Of a stretch of DNA of 64,000 bases, positions 42,225 through 56,452 are shown piece after piece. Location: NCBI RefSeq assembly GCF_009914755.1, contig NC_060943.1; one strand, given 5' to 3'. How positions within the stretch are numbered: the stretch's first letter is position 1; every line of letters begins with the position of its first letter. Below the pieces are notes generated by a model, which searched no databases, was not told the origin of the DNA, and saw only the letters and a program-made list of their open reading frames with translations. The position numbers and the translations under genes were made by a program. The stretch comes from the human T2T-CHM13v2.0 reference genome, Homo sapiens.

Positions 42225-42763
42225 TCAATATACATATATCCTGACCCCATGAAACTGCTCTGACCTGCAGTCACTGCAAAGGGGAGCAATCTGAGGTCCT
42301 CACTTTTGCAGTCTCAGCCACCTCTCATCAGATGCTTATCAAGCCCTACTGGCAGGACATTTGGGACAGATTCCAGGGGATATTTCCAGCTGCCTCGAGA
42401 AGGCTCTGGGCACCCAGAAGGCCAGGCCATTTCACCAACCACCCTGGCTCCTCCAAAGAGGAAACCAAGGCCCAGAGAGAAGCAGACAAGGACCGGGTTC
42501 CTGGGGTGTGGACTCCAAGCTCAATAGGATTTTAGGAAAAAGTTTGGGTCCCAGAATCAGGATTGTTGTCTCCTACCTATAACCTCAGTTTCCTTATCTG
42601 GAAAGGAGGTATAATAATTTCCAAACTGTAGGCCTCAGAGCTCTTGGAGGCCACTAGTTGTAAAAAAATAAATTCATACCTGGAATAACTTACAACAGTG
42701 TCTGTCAGATAGTAAGTGCTTGAGTTATTATTTTGGATTTTTTTTTTTTTTTTTTTTTTTTGA

Positions 42764-42958
<195 letters not shown>

Positions 42959-42961
42959 TGA

Positions 42962-43387
<426 letters not shown>

Positions 43388-43770
43388 TGAGCTCAGTACC
43401 TTTACACATTATTTCACAGGTCTATGGACCTGAGATCATAAAATTCATTTTTCAGAGTCAAGACGACTTTTCCAGGGTCACACGGCCAGGTACGGGCTGG
43501 ACTGGGGTTTGAACCCATCTCTGTCAGACTCCAGAGCCCGGGCTTCCAGCCATTCCCAACTCTTTTTGCTCAAATGCACCAATCCCACTCTGGCCACATA
43601 GCCCTTGAACGTGCTGTGCTTGTTTTGTGTGTTGCCCAGGCAGGTCTCAAACTCTTGGCCTCAAACGATCCTCCCAAAGTGCTGAGATTACAGGCCTGAG
43701 CTGCCTTGACCGCCTTTCTATTTCCTCCTGGGGGGATGGGAGCACCAAGGAGATTCCAGCAAAAGGATAC

Positions 43771-43900
43771 ACCCACTCCAGCTTGAGCCGGCAAGAAGGC
43801 AGCTCCGAGCGTGTGTCCAGGCTGTAGGTGGGTGCCAGCTCGTCTGGGATCATCATGGGCACAGGGCGGCCCCTCAGGAACATTTTCACGGAGCCATCCT
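43771..43900 (-). CDS. EML2: EML2 exon (EDGSVKMFLRGRPV...LKLEWV), HELP motif
   Basis: ggcag| ... TGGGT|gtatcctttt (U12-type donor). Confidence 0.95.
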
Positions 43901-44110
43901 CTGCCAGGACACCCCCAGAGGTCAGGCACTGACACCAGCCCCATCCCTATTCCCTCTCCTCTTCCAGCTTTATTTATTTATTTTTTTAAAGGCAGGGAAA
44001 CTGAGGCCAGAGAGGCAAAGACCCAGTAGCCAAGACTCCTGACCTCTGGCTCCAGCCTGTCACCCCAACAAGCAAGCTTCCACCGAGCCCTTCCCCATCT
44101 CCCCACTCAC

Positions 44111-44139
44111 CCACACTGAAGATAACTTCTTTGGTTTTG
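44111..44139 (-). CDS. EML2: EML2 29-nt microexon (KTKEVIFSV)
   Basis: cctgacag| ... GTGG|gtgagt. Confidence 0.93.
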
Positions 44140-44259
44140 CTGTCAGGAAAGGACAAAGAAAAAAAAAGGGTCTTAGTATTCAGTTCAGAAAAGGGGAGAA
44201 ACCATTCCTCCACCCCCACCGCTCCCCGGAGGTCTCCGATGAAAACGGGGCCGAGTAAG

Positions 44260-44353
44260 GGGCAGAGCGCTGCCTCTCTGCAGGCCGTGTGCTTTGCTCG
44301 GTTGATCTTGCAGAGCCTAAGACACAGGCCCAGAGAGGCAGTGATCGCCAAAG
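44260..44353 (-). ncRNA. MIR330: microRNA-330 precursor (5p 44315-44336, 3p 44275-44297)
   Basis: The reverse complement contains UCUCUGGGCCUGUGUCUUAGGC and GCAAAGCACACGGCCUGCAGAGA in a hairpin; intronic and sense to EML2. Confidence 0.96.
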
Positions 44354-44429
44354 ATCACACAGCACGAAGTGGCAGGGACGCGATCCTGGAAGAAGGGAGT
44401 CACCAAGGACCCTTCCCTCCTAATCAGCA

Positions 44430-44880
44430 AGGTGCTCCCCAGCGCCCCCCACCCGCAGTTCCCCCAGCACACCAAACGTCAAGCAGAGGGAGAAACGGGG
44501 AGAGTTTAAGGGAAGGGGCGTGTCCCCACGCCGGTCTGGGTCCCAGGGGTTGGGTGAAACCTGAGATCTAAGCCCCGGGAGCGCGGAGAGGAGATGGGGG
44601 GTGGTCTGCGAAAGGGTCTCACCCAGCTCCAAAGCTACTCATGGCGGCGGGTGGCGGAGCTTCGGGGCCGGGGGTGGAGCCGGGACCGGCTCTGCCGCTT
44701 CCGGCCCTGGGAGGCGCCCGGGCCGCCGCGCCCCTGCCCCGCCCTCCACAGCCACCCCTGGAGCCGGAGGGTCCCACCGGGTCACACATCCCGGGCTGTG
44801 GACTCCCGATCCCAGGTTCTTTCGGGGTGGGTGGGGGAGAGTGGTTGAGAACATGGACTCGGGAGCGCGCCTGCTTGAGT
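44430..44880 (-). promoter_or_regulatory. CpG island, EML2 proximal promoter
   Basis: CpG-rich sequence surrounding the ATG at 44642. Confidence 0.8.
44623..44642 (-). CDS. EML2: EML2 proximal first exon, coding part (short 649-aa isoform, MSSFGAG)
   Basis: Kozak ccgccgccATG; ATGAGTAGCTTTGGAGCTGG|gtgaga; lies in a CpG island. Confidence 0.92.
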
Positions 44881-44952
44881 TAAAACCCCAGTTCTGCTAA
44901 TTCCTAGCAGTGTACACAGGTCGTCCAACCTCTGCCTCGGTTTCCTCATTTA

Positions 44953-45326
<374 letters not shown>

Positions 45327-45549
45327 TTATTGGGAAGTGCCTGGAGTATACACAACGCTGTATTTGTGTTTGCTATGTTTGAGCAGAGTTGAAATGTGCA
45401 GCTTTTGACCTTGGTCTTGCCCTTGCGTGGCCTCCTAGCGCTGACCACGCCCACTGCACCATAACTCCAGCCTTAGGGTGATTTTTGTTTTGTTTTGTTT
45501 TTGATACAGGGTGTGGCTCTGTCGACCAAACTGGAGTGCAATGGCGTGA

Positions 45550-45817
<268 letters not shown>

Positions 45818-46906
45818 TAGCTGGGACTACAGGCACGCGCCACCACGCCCATTTTTGTATTATTAATAGACAGGGGGTTTCACCATGTTGGCCAGGATGG
45901 TCTCGATCTCTTGACCTTGTGATCCACCCGCCTAGGCCTCCCGAAGTGCTGGGATGACAGGCGTGAGCCACCGCGCCAGGCCTAATTTATTTTCATTTTT
46001 AGTAAAGACGAGGGCTCGCTATTTTGCCCAGCCTGGTCTCGAACTCCTGAGCTCAAGCGATGATTCCCGCCTCCGCCTCCCAAACTGCTAGAATTATATA
46101 GCCTTAGTTTTTGACTCTGTCCAGATCTTCAGTATGGCCCCGCCTCTGGAGTTGACCACGCCTGTCATTCTGAGCCTCCCTTCTAACCCTGTCCCTGAGT
46201 TGACTCAGTTGCTTGAGAATTGACTGCTACCTCCCGCCAACGCTCCTTCTCCGGCCCGCCAGGCATTCTGATTACGTCCATTTTCACGTATTCCTTATGT
46301 GAATACCTTCGAGGCCTCCAAGTTGGCTGCACCTCTTGGCATTTGACCACGCCCCTACGGCCCCGCCCAACCTTTAAGCCACGCCCTTTTCAACCTGGCA
46401 GTGCCCCCCGATTTTGATGTCAAAGCTTCTGGAATCTGGAATGCCTCCACCTGGTCTCAGCCTCTGTTACTCCGTACCCCAGATTTTAATTTCGCCCAGG
46501 CGAACACTGTGGCTGCACCCTTAAATTCCTCAGACTCCCTCTTTCCTTGTAGAAACTCTGTGGCTGCTGCCTTGACTTCATCCCTGAAACTCAACGGGGC
46601 CTCTCCTGTACCTTAATAACCACGCCCATAAGCCAAGCTCCTCCCTGACTTCCTCACCCAGTAGACCTGACCGTCCAGCTTCTAAAAACTCTGGCCACGC
46701 CCCTCAATATTGACTCCGCCCTCCCAGACCTTCCACTGTTACCGTGCCACCTCAAGATTGGTCCCTCCAAGGCTCTGGCACCGTCCCCGCTTTTGAACTA
46801 GCTGGCCCCACTCTAGGTTACGACCTCGTGGCCTGGGGCATGACTACATTTCTCGACCATTTCCTCCCTATCTCTTTCTGCGGCTTGACGCCGCCCCAGT
46901 CCTTAC

Positions 46907-47014
46907 CCTTCCTTTTTGGCGCTACAGTTGCTGCTGGAGGATGTGGTCCGGCTGCGGGGGTCCTCACGGCGCACCGAGGCGAGGCGCTCTGGTGACAAGT
47001 AGCGGCGGACACTG
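46907..47014 (-). CDS. EML2: EML2 long-isoform exon
   Basis: SSVRRYLSPERLASVRREDPRSRTTSSSSNCSAKKEG; ttttag| ... GG|gtaagg; phase 2 matches the 44139 exon. Confidence 0.88.
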
Positions 47015-47183
47015 CTAAAAGAGAGCACACAGTTGGGGGCAGAGCCTTCTAGGCCAGCAGGCGAGTGCCGTGAGCAAGCGAGATTCTCCCTGCACCCTCT
47101 GCTGCTGGAGCTCAGGCAAACAAACCACCTCTGTCTCCCACGAGGTCTTGGAAGAGGCTGGGGGTCCCGGCCTTGTGCCTTAC

Positions 47184-47307
47184 CTGCGCCCGGAGGTCGC
47201 CTCCTTCTTGGGAGAGGATGGGGACGTGGCATAGCCACCCACGCGCCGCGGGGGTCCCGAGCCATTAAGGGGCGTCCTGGTGGGAAGGCCTTTCAAGAGC
47301 TGACACA
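47184..47307 (-). CDS. EML2: EML2 long-isoform exon (basic, Ser/Pro-rich linker)
   Basis: VCQLLKGLPTRTPLNGSGPPRRVGGYATSPSSPKKEATSGR; ctccag| ... AG|gtaagg. Confidence 0.88.
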
Positions 47308-47399
47308 CTGGAGGGATGGGGTTAGGGGACAGAAGAGGGTGAGTATAAGGACCAGGCCCCGGTCCTCCCCATCCCACCCCTCCAGTCTAACGGGGATAC

Positions 47400-47618
47400 C
47401 CGAGGCAGTGGTGCCTAAGCGCGGAGGCGCCCGGCCCTTGGGGGTGCCCCGCGCGCGTAGCGCCGCTCCCTGTTCTTCGCATGCCCGCAGGCGACGCAGA
47501 GCATCCGCCAGCGCCGCCTTTAGGACCGCCAGCTCGTCTTCCTGTAACTGCAGCCGCTGCTCCAGCGCCGACACGCGGTCGTCCACTTCCATACCGCTCG
47601 TGCCCGACAAATTGTCAT
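47400..47618 (-). CDS. EML2: EML2 long-isoform exon, trimerisation coiled coil
   Basis: DDNLSGTSGMEVDDRVSALEQRLQLQEDELAVLKAALADALRRL; acceptor cttccag|; donor G|gtatcccc. Confidence 0.92.
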
Positions 47619-48844
47619 CTGGAAGACGGGGGAGTGCCGGCTGCAGGGCCACCCAGGAGCTCCAGTGCCCAAGGGGTCCCTCCCGCCTTCCTGGGTCTAA
47701 GCGGGGGGCCAGCCACGCCCCTTTCCTGTCCCGCTACCTGGGGCTGGGACACTTGGACATGAGCCAAGGAAGAGGACTCTGAAGGGGGAAGGAAATCCCC
47801 ACAGCTCTCCAACCCATCCGCACACTCCTCTCTGCCACAGCGCGCTGGCCGTGTGACCTTGGGGAAGTCCCTTCCCTCTTATTTTCTAAGAGTCTGTGAA
47901 CCCAGGAGCCTCTCGCTCTGGCTTTAAGATGCTATGACTAAGACGTGACCAGGCGCAGTGGCTCACGCCTGTAACCCCAGCACTTTGGGAGGCCGAGGCG
48001 GGCGTATCACGAGGTCAGGAGATCGAGACCATCCTGGCCAACATGGTGAAACCCCGTCTCTACTAAAATAAAATTAAATTAAAAATAAAATAAAATTTAA
48101 AAAAAAGCCGGGCGTGGTGGCGCGTGCCTGTAGTCCCAGCTACTCCGGAGGCTGAGACGGGAATCGCTTGAACCCGGGGGGTCGGAGGTTGCCGTGAGCC
48201 AAGATCGCGCCACTGCACTCCAGCCTGGCCACAAAGCGAGACTCCGTCTCAAAAAAAAAAAAAAGAAAAAAGAAAAAGAAAAAAAAGATTCTTTGATTTT
48301 ATGACTAAGACGTTAAGTATCTATGAGTGATAAGAGCATTTGCAAAATGACACCAACCTACTCCTAATGACACTAAAGTTCTAGAATTGATCCCCAACAT
48401 CCTCCGACGAAGATTCTGTTATGAATACCAACGTCTCTTCACTGTTTCTAAGACTTTCCAAGCCAAAAGGTCATGCCTAGCCTCCCCGTTTCCCCTCCTC
48501 TCCTCACCCTGGGGTTCGACCCTAGAGCCAGCTGCAAGGACAGAGCTTCGGCGGCCCCTGGCGGCGGACTTGGGGGTTGCAGGCAGCGCATGGCAGACCC
48601 AGAAGACCCAAGGGAGATGCAGACCGGATTGACAACCAAACTCTTCCCCAGCAGGCATTCCTCTTTTCTGTTCCCCTTCTTTATTTCGCCTCTGTACCCC
48701 GCGCCCCAGATTTGGCTCTCCAGCCTATGGGTGCAGCCAAAATGACTCCCCGAGTCGCCCCCCCAACCCCGCTCATTTTCCCAAAGTGGGAGGGGCGGAG
48801 ACCGAAGTGGCCCCTCTCCCCCTTTTCCCGCAGAATACTCATAC

Positions 48845-48854
48845 CCAGACTCAT
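48845..48854 (-). CDS. EML2: EML2 middle alternative first exon, coding part (MSL-D; 796-aa isoform)
   Basis: gcaATGAGTCTGG|gtatga in a CpG-rich region; phase 1 joins the 47618 exon to give MSLDDNLSG. Confidence 0.75.
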
Positions 48855-50519
48855 TGCTGACCACAACCAAGGAAGCCCTGGTTCCCAGCCTGGTGGAAGT
48901 AAAGGTGGTAGCTTAGACGGGGACAGGGCGTGGAGCTCGCCCCTGCCATCCCGCGTCCACAGGCCGCGCAGCTGGCCCTCTGGGCTCCGCAGTGCAGCCG
49001 CCGCTCCTCCCTCCTTCCCTTCGTAGCCCAATCGCCTGCCGAGGCTTGCCCGCCCTGCCCCCCACTCAGCGCCTCCCAGGTCCGGTGCCTGGACCTGCAG
49101 AGGGAGGTGGGAGCCTCCTGAGGTCAGAAGGAGTGAGCCGTCAGGACTTAGAACTCGTAACAGGGGGAAACCTCTAGGGGTCTTGTTGGCATCACGTTTT
49201 GCAGACGGGAAACTAAGGAAGGAGGCTAGTAGGAGTGTGCAGAGACACGCCAAAGATCACTCAGCCCGTAGGTGGGGGCTGGGGACCCAATCACCTCCTG
49301 TGCTCAGCCTGGTCCTACCTACCATTAATTATACGACCAGAAAAATGGCATCTGTTACTGTGAGCTTACATGTGCCAGGCACTGCTCACGCAAAACATTT
49401 AGCACGTTCCCGGCTCATGTTGATGCTCGATAAATCCAGAATAGGATTAACTATTTTTATGATACCTAATGCTTTTGGCAACTCTAGTAGTTGTAGTAGC
49501 ATAATCCATTTTAGGAGGAGAGGAGGAGGAAGGTCACTGAAGCCCAGAAAGGTGACGTTACTTGTTACACGGACACACAGCCGTTCAATGGAAGAACCCA
49601 TACTCAACAGGAATGGCCACCCTGTCATTCTGGCTCTTAGAGGGACAGAGGAGGACAAAATAAGCATTCTGGGTCCCCTGCCAATTCCAGTGGTCCCTGG
49701 CACTAGGGTGTGTGCCCAGAGGACTGAACCTCCAAACTGAGTTAATAGAGGTGCTTTCATCTTGACCCTTCTGCCCCACCCAGAGAGGCCAGCTGCACTG
49801 TCAGGCCTTGGCCAGCCCATCCTACCAACCCCCACACCTCCACCATCCCCATCCCTGTGACTCAAGCCCTCCGCTCCCTCCTGACCATCCCCCCATCCTC
49901 AGCCTTTTCCCAGAGACCAGGCCTCACTTCCCACTTTTCCCTCCCAACTCCCCTCTTCTCCTATCTCCCCTCACCTGAGCCCGACACCCACAGTGGTCCT
50001 TCTGGTATCACACCCATTTGTCTAGGGAGAAGGGATGGTGCTAATGCATGGGAGGGCCAGGGCCAGAGGATTTGGGAGGTATCCTAGAAGCAAAGTCCTC
50101 TGGCCGTCCCTTTCCAGTCCCACACTCTGCCCTCAACTCAACACCAAATCCACCCCCACCCCCTCTGTCTGTCCCCCTGCTATGGAGATAGGGGAGCATT
50201 CCAGAAGCTTGAGGGGAGAGAGAAAGGGCAGAGTTCCAGGCCCAATCGACCCCCAGGCCGTTCCCCCTTCCAATCCCAGGTTCCTTCGGGTTCTGCCCCC
50301 TTCTCTCCTCTCCGTCTAGCCACCTCGGGAGTACAGAAGGATCCAAGTGGATGGGGGGCTGGGATCTAGGTTTTGGGGACCAGGGACCTTGCTCTTGGGT
50401 CAGGGTCCTGCTGAGGGAGAGAAAAGGGGGATCTTCAGCAAGGGAGGGGGTTGGGGACTTGCAAGGAGGAGGCTGGGGCAAGAAGAGATGGGTCCAGCCT
50501 TGGGCGGGGCCAAGGTCGG

Positions 50520-51460
50520 AACTGAGGAGGGGTCTCACCGTTGCAGTATCGCAGCAGCGAGGACGTGTCGTACAGGCCGCAGAAGGCCGGGCCGCGCTCC
50601 GCCATCGCCCCACCACAGCCACCGCCGGCCCCCCCGGTCCCAGCCCGGGCCCGGTCCCCCCAACCAGGCCCTGCCTCCCGTTGCCATAGCAACGCCCTTC
50701 GTTCCAGCATCCCCAGCTCAGCTCGCCTGGCATCAGGCGGCCGGCGCCGGGCCCGGCGCTGGGGTCATCCCCAGGATGCCCAGAAAGGGGGGTCGGGACA
50801 CCGCCTGCCAAGCCCCCCAACACAATCCTAGGGCCAGGATTGGCTGCGCCCGGATCCCCCTAGGTACCGTCTGGTCCCGCCCACAACCGGAGTATAGTCT
50901 CTCTAGACCCACCTCCTCGCCCGTTCAGAACCAATGAGAGCCTGTCGCGCAGGGCCCTTCACCAATAGGGATGCAGAGGGATTGGAAGGGGCAGGGTCTT
51001 TCCTGCTTTCAGCCTGAAGCGCAGCCCCGAGCTCCGGGAGGAGGATGGTGTGGAGGAAGACACTCCACTATCCCCAAAACCTCTTCAGACTTTCATTGGA
51101 TTTTCCAAAAGCCCCCTCCGTAAGGCCAGGGCCCGACCTTAGAGCCCCAAACCCGCCCAGGGAGCTCTTGTTTATGACATCTAGGCCCACCCCCAGGCTC
51201 TTAGCCCCACCCCCAGAATCTTGCGGGTGCTAAAGTTTTATTCCTACCCACGGAATCATTAGCACCGCCCCTGAACCGCCAAGGGTTTATAGTATAGTAC
51301 TTCTCCAGAGCTCTGGACAGGACCTTCTTATAGGATTAGCTCTGGCCTCGGAATTTAAATCCCTCCCCCCGCGGTCTGGTAGTCCCTCCCTAACTTTCCC
51401 CACCGCTCTGTCTGCGGCCCCAGGCCCTTAGCTCCGCCCTTAGAGCCCTAGCCTCCCACA
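50520..51460 (-). promoter_or_regulatory. EML2 distal promoter / CpG island with RFX X-box (50680-50693), CCAAT boxes (50839, 50931, 50962, 50981) and GC boxes
   Basis: Motifs read directly from the sequence. Confidence 0.75.
50539..50710 (-). CDS. EML2: EML2 distal first exon (long isoform, 850 aa; second in-frame ATG at 50605, MAERG...)
   Basis: MLERRALL...MAERGPAFCGLYDTSSLLRYCN; donor AACG|gtgaga; phase 1 matches the exon starting at 47618. Confidence 0.85.
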
Positions 51461-51976
51461 ACCGCATTATCCAGTCCGGGCTTTGGCACAGGCCCAGTTG
51501 TGAGGCTTGGACTAGCCCGCGTGTCAGGCAGAGATGGCTCGAAAGTTGTGGGGGAAAAGGGGAGGGTACAAAACCCGACAATGGATTTCAAGAATATTGG
51601 ACCGCCTTCCTCAAGTCTCCAACGAGGGTAAACACCTAGAGTATAGGCAGGAGAAGTGAAGTCCGGAGCCGAAAAAGAATTCCCTCTGGACACAGAGATG
51701 AAAAGTAGAAGTTTTGGAAGCAGATTGACCTGGGTTTGAATCCTGACTCCTCCACTTTCTGGTTTCGTGACCCTAAAGCTCCACTTCCTCATCTGGAAAG
51801 TGGGGGCTCATAATCGCGCCTGCCTCATTCATTCATTCAAAAATGTTTACTGAGTGCCTAACGGGCCAGGCTCTGTTCTAGGTGCTGAAGTTTCCGGAAT
51901 GACCAAGTGAACCTGTTTCCTCTCATGTATTGTTCATTTAATGGAAGAGGTAAACAATCATACACAAAATAAATAA

Positions 51977-52348
<372 letters not shown>

Positions 52349-52385
52349 TGAGCCACCGCGCCCGGCCTATTTTTTTATATTTTAA

Positions 52386-52664
<279 letters not shown>

Positions 52665-52782
52665 TGATCCGCCCGCCTCGACCTCTCAAAGTGCTGGGAT
52701 ACTTTTTCCTTTTTTTTTTTTCTTCTTAAGAAACTGGGTCTCCCACTGTTGCTCAAGCTGGAGTGCAGTAACATGATTATAG

Positions 52783-54782
52783 CTCTCTCCCTCTCCCTCT
52801 CCCTCTCCCTCTCCCTCCTCTCCCTCCTCTCCCTCCTCTCCCTCCTCTCCCTCTCTTTCCACGGTCTCCCTCTGATGCAGAGCTGAAGCTGGACTGTACT
52901 GCTGCCATCTCGGCTCACTGCAACCTCCCTGCCTGATTCTCCTGCCTCAGCCTGCCGAGTGCCTGCGATTGCAGGCGCGCGCCGCCACGCCTGACTGGTT
53001 TTCGTATTTTTTTGGTGGAGACGGGGTTTTGCTGTGTTGGCCGGGCTGGTCTCCAGCTCCTAGCCACGAGTGATCCACCAGCCTCGGCTTCCCGAGGTGC
53101 CGGGATTGCAGACGGAGTCTCGTTCACTCAGTGCTCAATGGTGCCCAGGCTGGAGTGCAGTGGCGTGATCTCGGCTCGCTACAACTTCCACCTCCCAGCC
53201 GCCTGCCTTGGCCTCCCAAAGTGCCGAGATTGCAGCCTCTGCCCAGCCGCCACCCCATCTGGGAAGTGAGGAGCGCCTCTTCCCGGCCGCCATCCCATCT
53301 AGGAAGTGAGGAGCGTCTCTGCCCGGCCGCCCATCGTCTGAGATGTGGGGAGCGCCTCTGCCCTGCCGCCCCGTCTGGGATGTGAGGAGCGTCTCTGCCC
53401 GGCCGCCCCGTCTGAGAAGTGAGGAGCCCCTCCGCCCAGCAGCCGCACCGTCTGAGAAGTGAGGAGTCCCTCCGCCCGGCAGCCACCCCGTCTGGGAAGT
53501 GAGGAGCGTCTCCGCCAGGCCAGCCGCCCCGTCTGGGAGGGAGGTGGGGGTCAGCCCCCCGCCCGGCCAGCCGCCCCGTCCGGGAGGGAGGTGGGGGGGT
53601 CAGCCCCGCGCCCGGCCAGCCGCCCCGTCCGGGAGGGAGGTGGGGGGGTCAGCCCCGCGCCCGGCCAGCCGCCCCGTCCGGGAGGGAGGTGGGGGGTCAG
53701 CCCCCCGCCCGGCCAGCCGCCCCGTCCGGGAGGGAGGTGGGGGGGGTCAGCCCCCTGCCCGGCCAGCCGCCCCATCCGGGAGGTGAGGGGCGCCTCTGCC
53801 CGGCCGCCCCTACTGGGAAGTGAGGAGCCCCTCTGCCCGGCCAGCCACCCCGTCCGGGAGGGAGGTGGGGGGGTCAGCCCCCTGCCCGGCTAGCTGCCTC
53901 GTCTGGGAGGGAGGTGGGGGGGTCAGCCCCCCGCCCGGCCAGCCACCCCGTCCGGGAGGTGAGGGGCGCCTCTGCCCAGCCGCCCCTACTGGGAAGAGAG
54001 GAGCCTTTCTGCCCGGCCAGCCGCCCCGTCCAGGAGGGAGGTGGGGGGGTCAGCCCCCCACCCGGCCAGCCTCCCCGTCCGGGAGGGAGGTGGGGGGATC
54101 AGCCCCCCGCCCGGCCAGCCGCCCCGTCCGGGAGGGAGGTGGGGGGTCAGCCCCCCGCCCGGCCAGCCGCCCTGTCCAGGAGGTGAGGGGCACCTCTGCC
54201 CGGCCGCCCCTACTGGGAAGTGAGGAGCCCCTCTGCCCGGCCACCACCCCGTCTGGGAGGTGTACCAAACAGCTCATTGAGAACGGGCCATGATGACAAT
54301 GGCGGTTTTGTGGAATAGAAAGGGGGGAAAGGTGGGGAAAAGATTGAGAAATCGGATGGTTGCCGTGTCTGTGTAGAAAGAGGTAGACATGGGAGACTTT
54401 TCATTTTGTGCTGTACTAAGAAAAATTCTTCTTCCTTGGGATCCTGTTGATCTGTGACCTTGCCCCCAACCCTGTGCTCTCTGAAACATGTGCTGTGTCC
54501 ACTCAGGGTTGAATGGATTAAGGGTGGTGCAAGATGTGCTTTGTTAAACAGATGCTTGAAGGCAGCATGCTCGTTAAGAGTCATCACCACTCCCTAATCT
54601 CAAGTACCCAGGGACACAAACACTGCGGAAGGCCGCAGGGTCCTCTGCCTAGGAAAACCAGAGACCTCTGTTCACTTGTTTATCTGCTGACCTTCCCTCC
54701 ACTATTGTCCTGTGACCCTGCCAAATCCCCCTCTGCGAGAAACACCCAAGAATGATCAATAAAAAAAAAAAAGAAAAAAAAA
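52783..54782 (+). mobile_element. Full-length SVA retrotransposon (hexamers ~52783-52855, Alu-like ~52860-53240, VNTR ~53240-54260, SINE-R ~54260-54760, polyA)
   Basis: (CCCTCT)n, antisense Alu-like segment, GC-rich VNTR, HERV-K-derived SINE-R, AATAAA at 54758 and an A tail. Confidence 0.97.
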
Positions 54783-54847
54783 TATTTTGTACAGAGGAGC
54801 TCTTGCTATATTGCCAAAGCTGGTCTCAAACTCCTGGCCTCAAGTGA

Positions 54848-55066
<219 letters not shown>

Positions 55067-55358
55067 TAATGGCCAAGCTGGTCTCTAACTCCTGACCTAA
55101 AGTGATCCTCCCGTCTCAGCCTCCCAAAATGTTAGGATTACAGGTGTGAGCCAACCGCACCCAGTAAAAGTTCAATTTTAATCACCATTTTAGAGATGAT
55201 GATACAGAAACAGTGTGGCAGTGACTCAACCTGTTAATCCCCAGCACTTTCAAAGGCCAAAGAAGGGGGATTGTAGGGGTGCGAGATCAGCCTGGGCAAC
55301 AAAGCAAGACCCCGTGGCTACAAAACAAAATTTCTTTCTTTTTTTTTTTTTCTTTTGA

Positions 55359-55886
<528 letters not shown>

Positions 55887-56025
55887 TGAGGTGGGAGGAT
55901 CACTTGAACCCAGGAGGTCGAGACTGCAGCAAGCTATGATCATGCTACTGCACTCCAGCCTGGGCAACAGAGCAAGAAGGTGTACAGACAGGATAATATA
56001 GTAAAAAAAGGGAGCAGGAGGCTCA

Positions 56026-56452
<427 letters not shown>

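Larger units (their letters stand above)
46760..48100 (+). ncRNA. EML2-AS1: Possible antisense lncRNA overlapping the EML2 long-isoform exons (boundaries very approximate)
   Basis: Mostly recalled annotation. Sequence support is limited to a KLF/SP motif cluster at 46140-46720 and AATAAA hexamers in an expanded Alu linker (from 48067). Confidence 0.35.

Noticed and set aside
47033-47782. 249-aa + strand ORF
   Set aside because: Antisense shadow of GC-rich EML2 coding exons; non-ATG start; no independent coding evidence.
48551-48564. CTCF-like motif (CCGCCAGGGGCCGC on the minus strand)
   Set aside because: Imperfect match in GC-rich DNA; not supportable without ChIP data.
53240-54260. Repeat array considered as CRISPR-like
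   Set aside because: No unique spacers; human DNA; it is the SVA VNTR.
53011-54755. Pro/Gly/Arg-rich repetitive ORFs
   Set aside because: Translations of the SVA VNTR and SINE-R.
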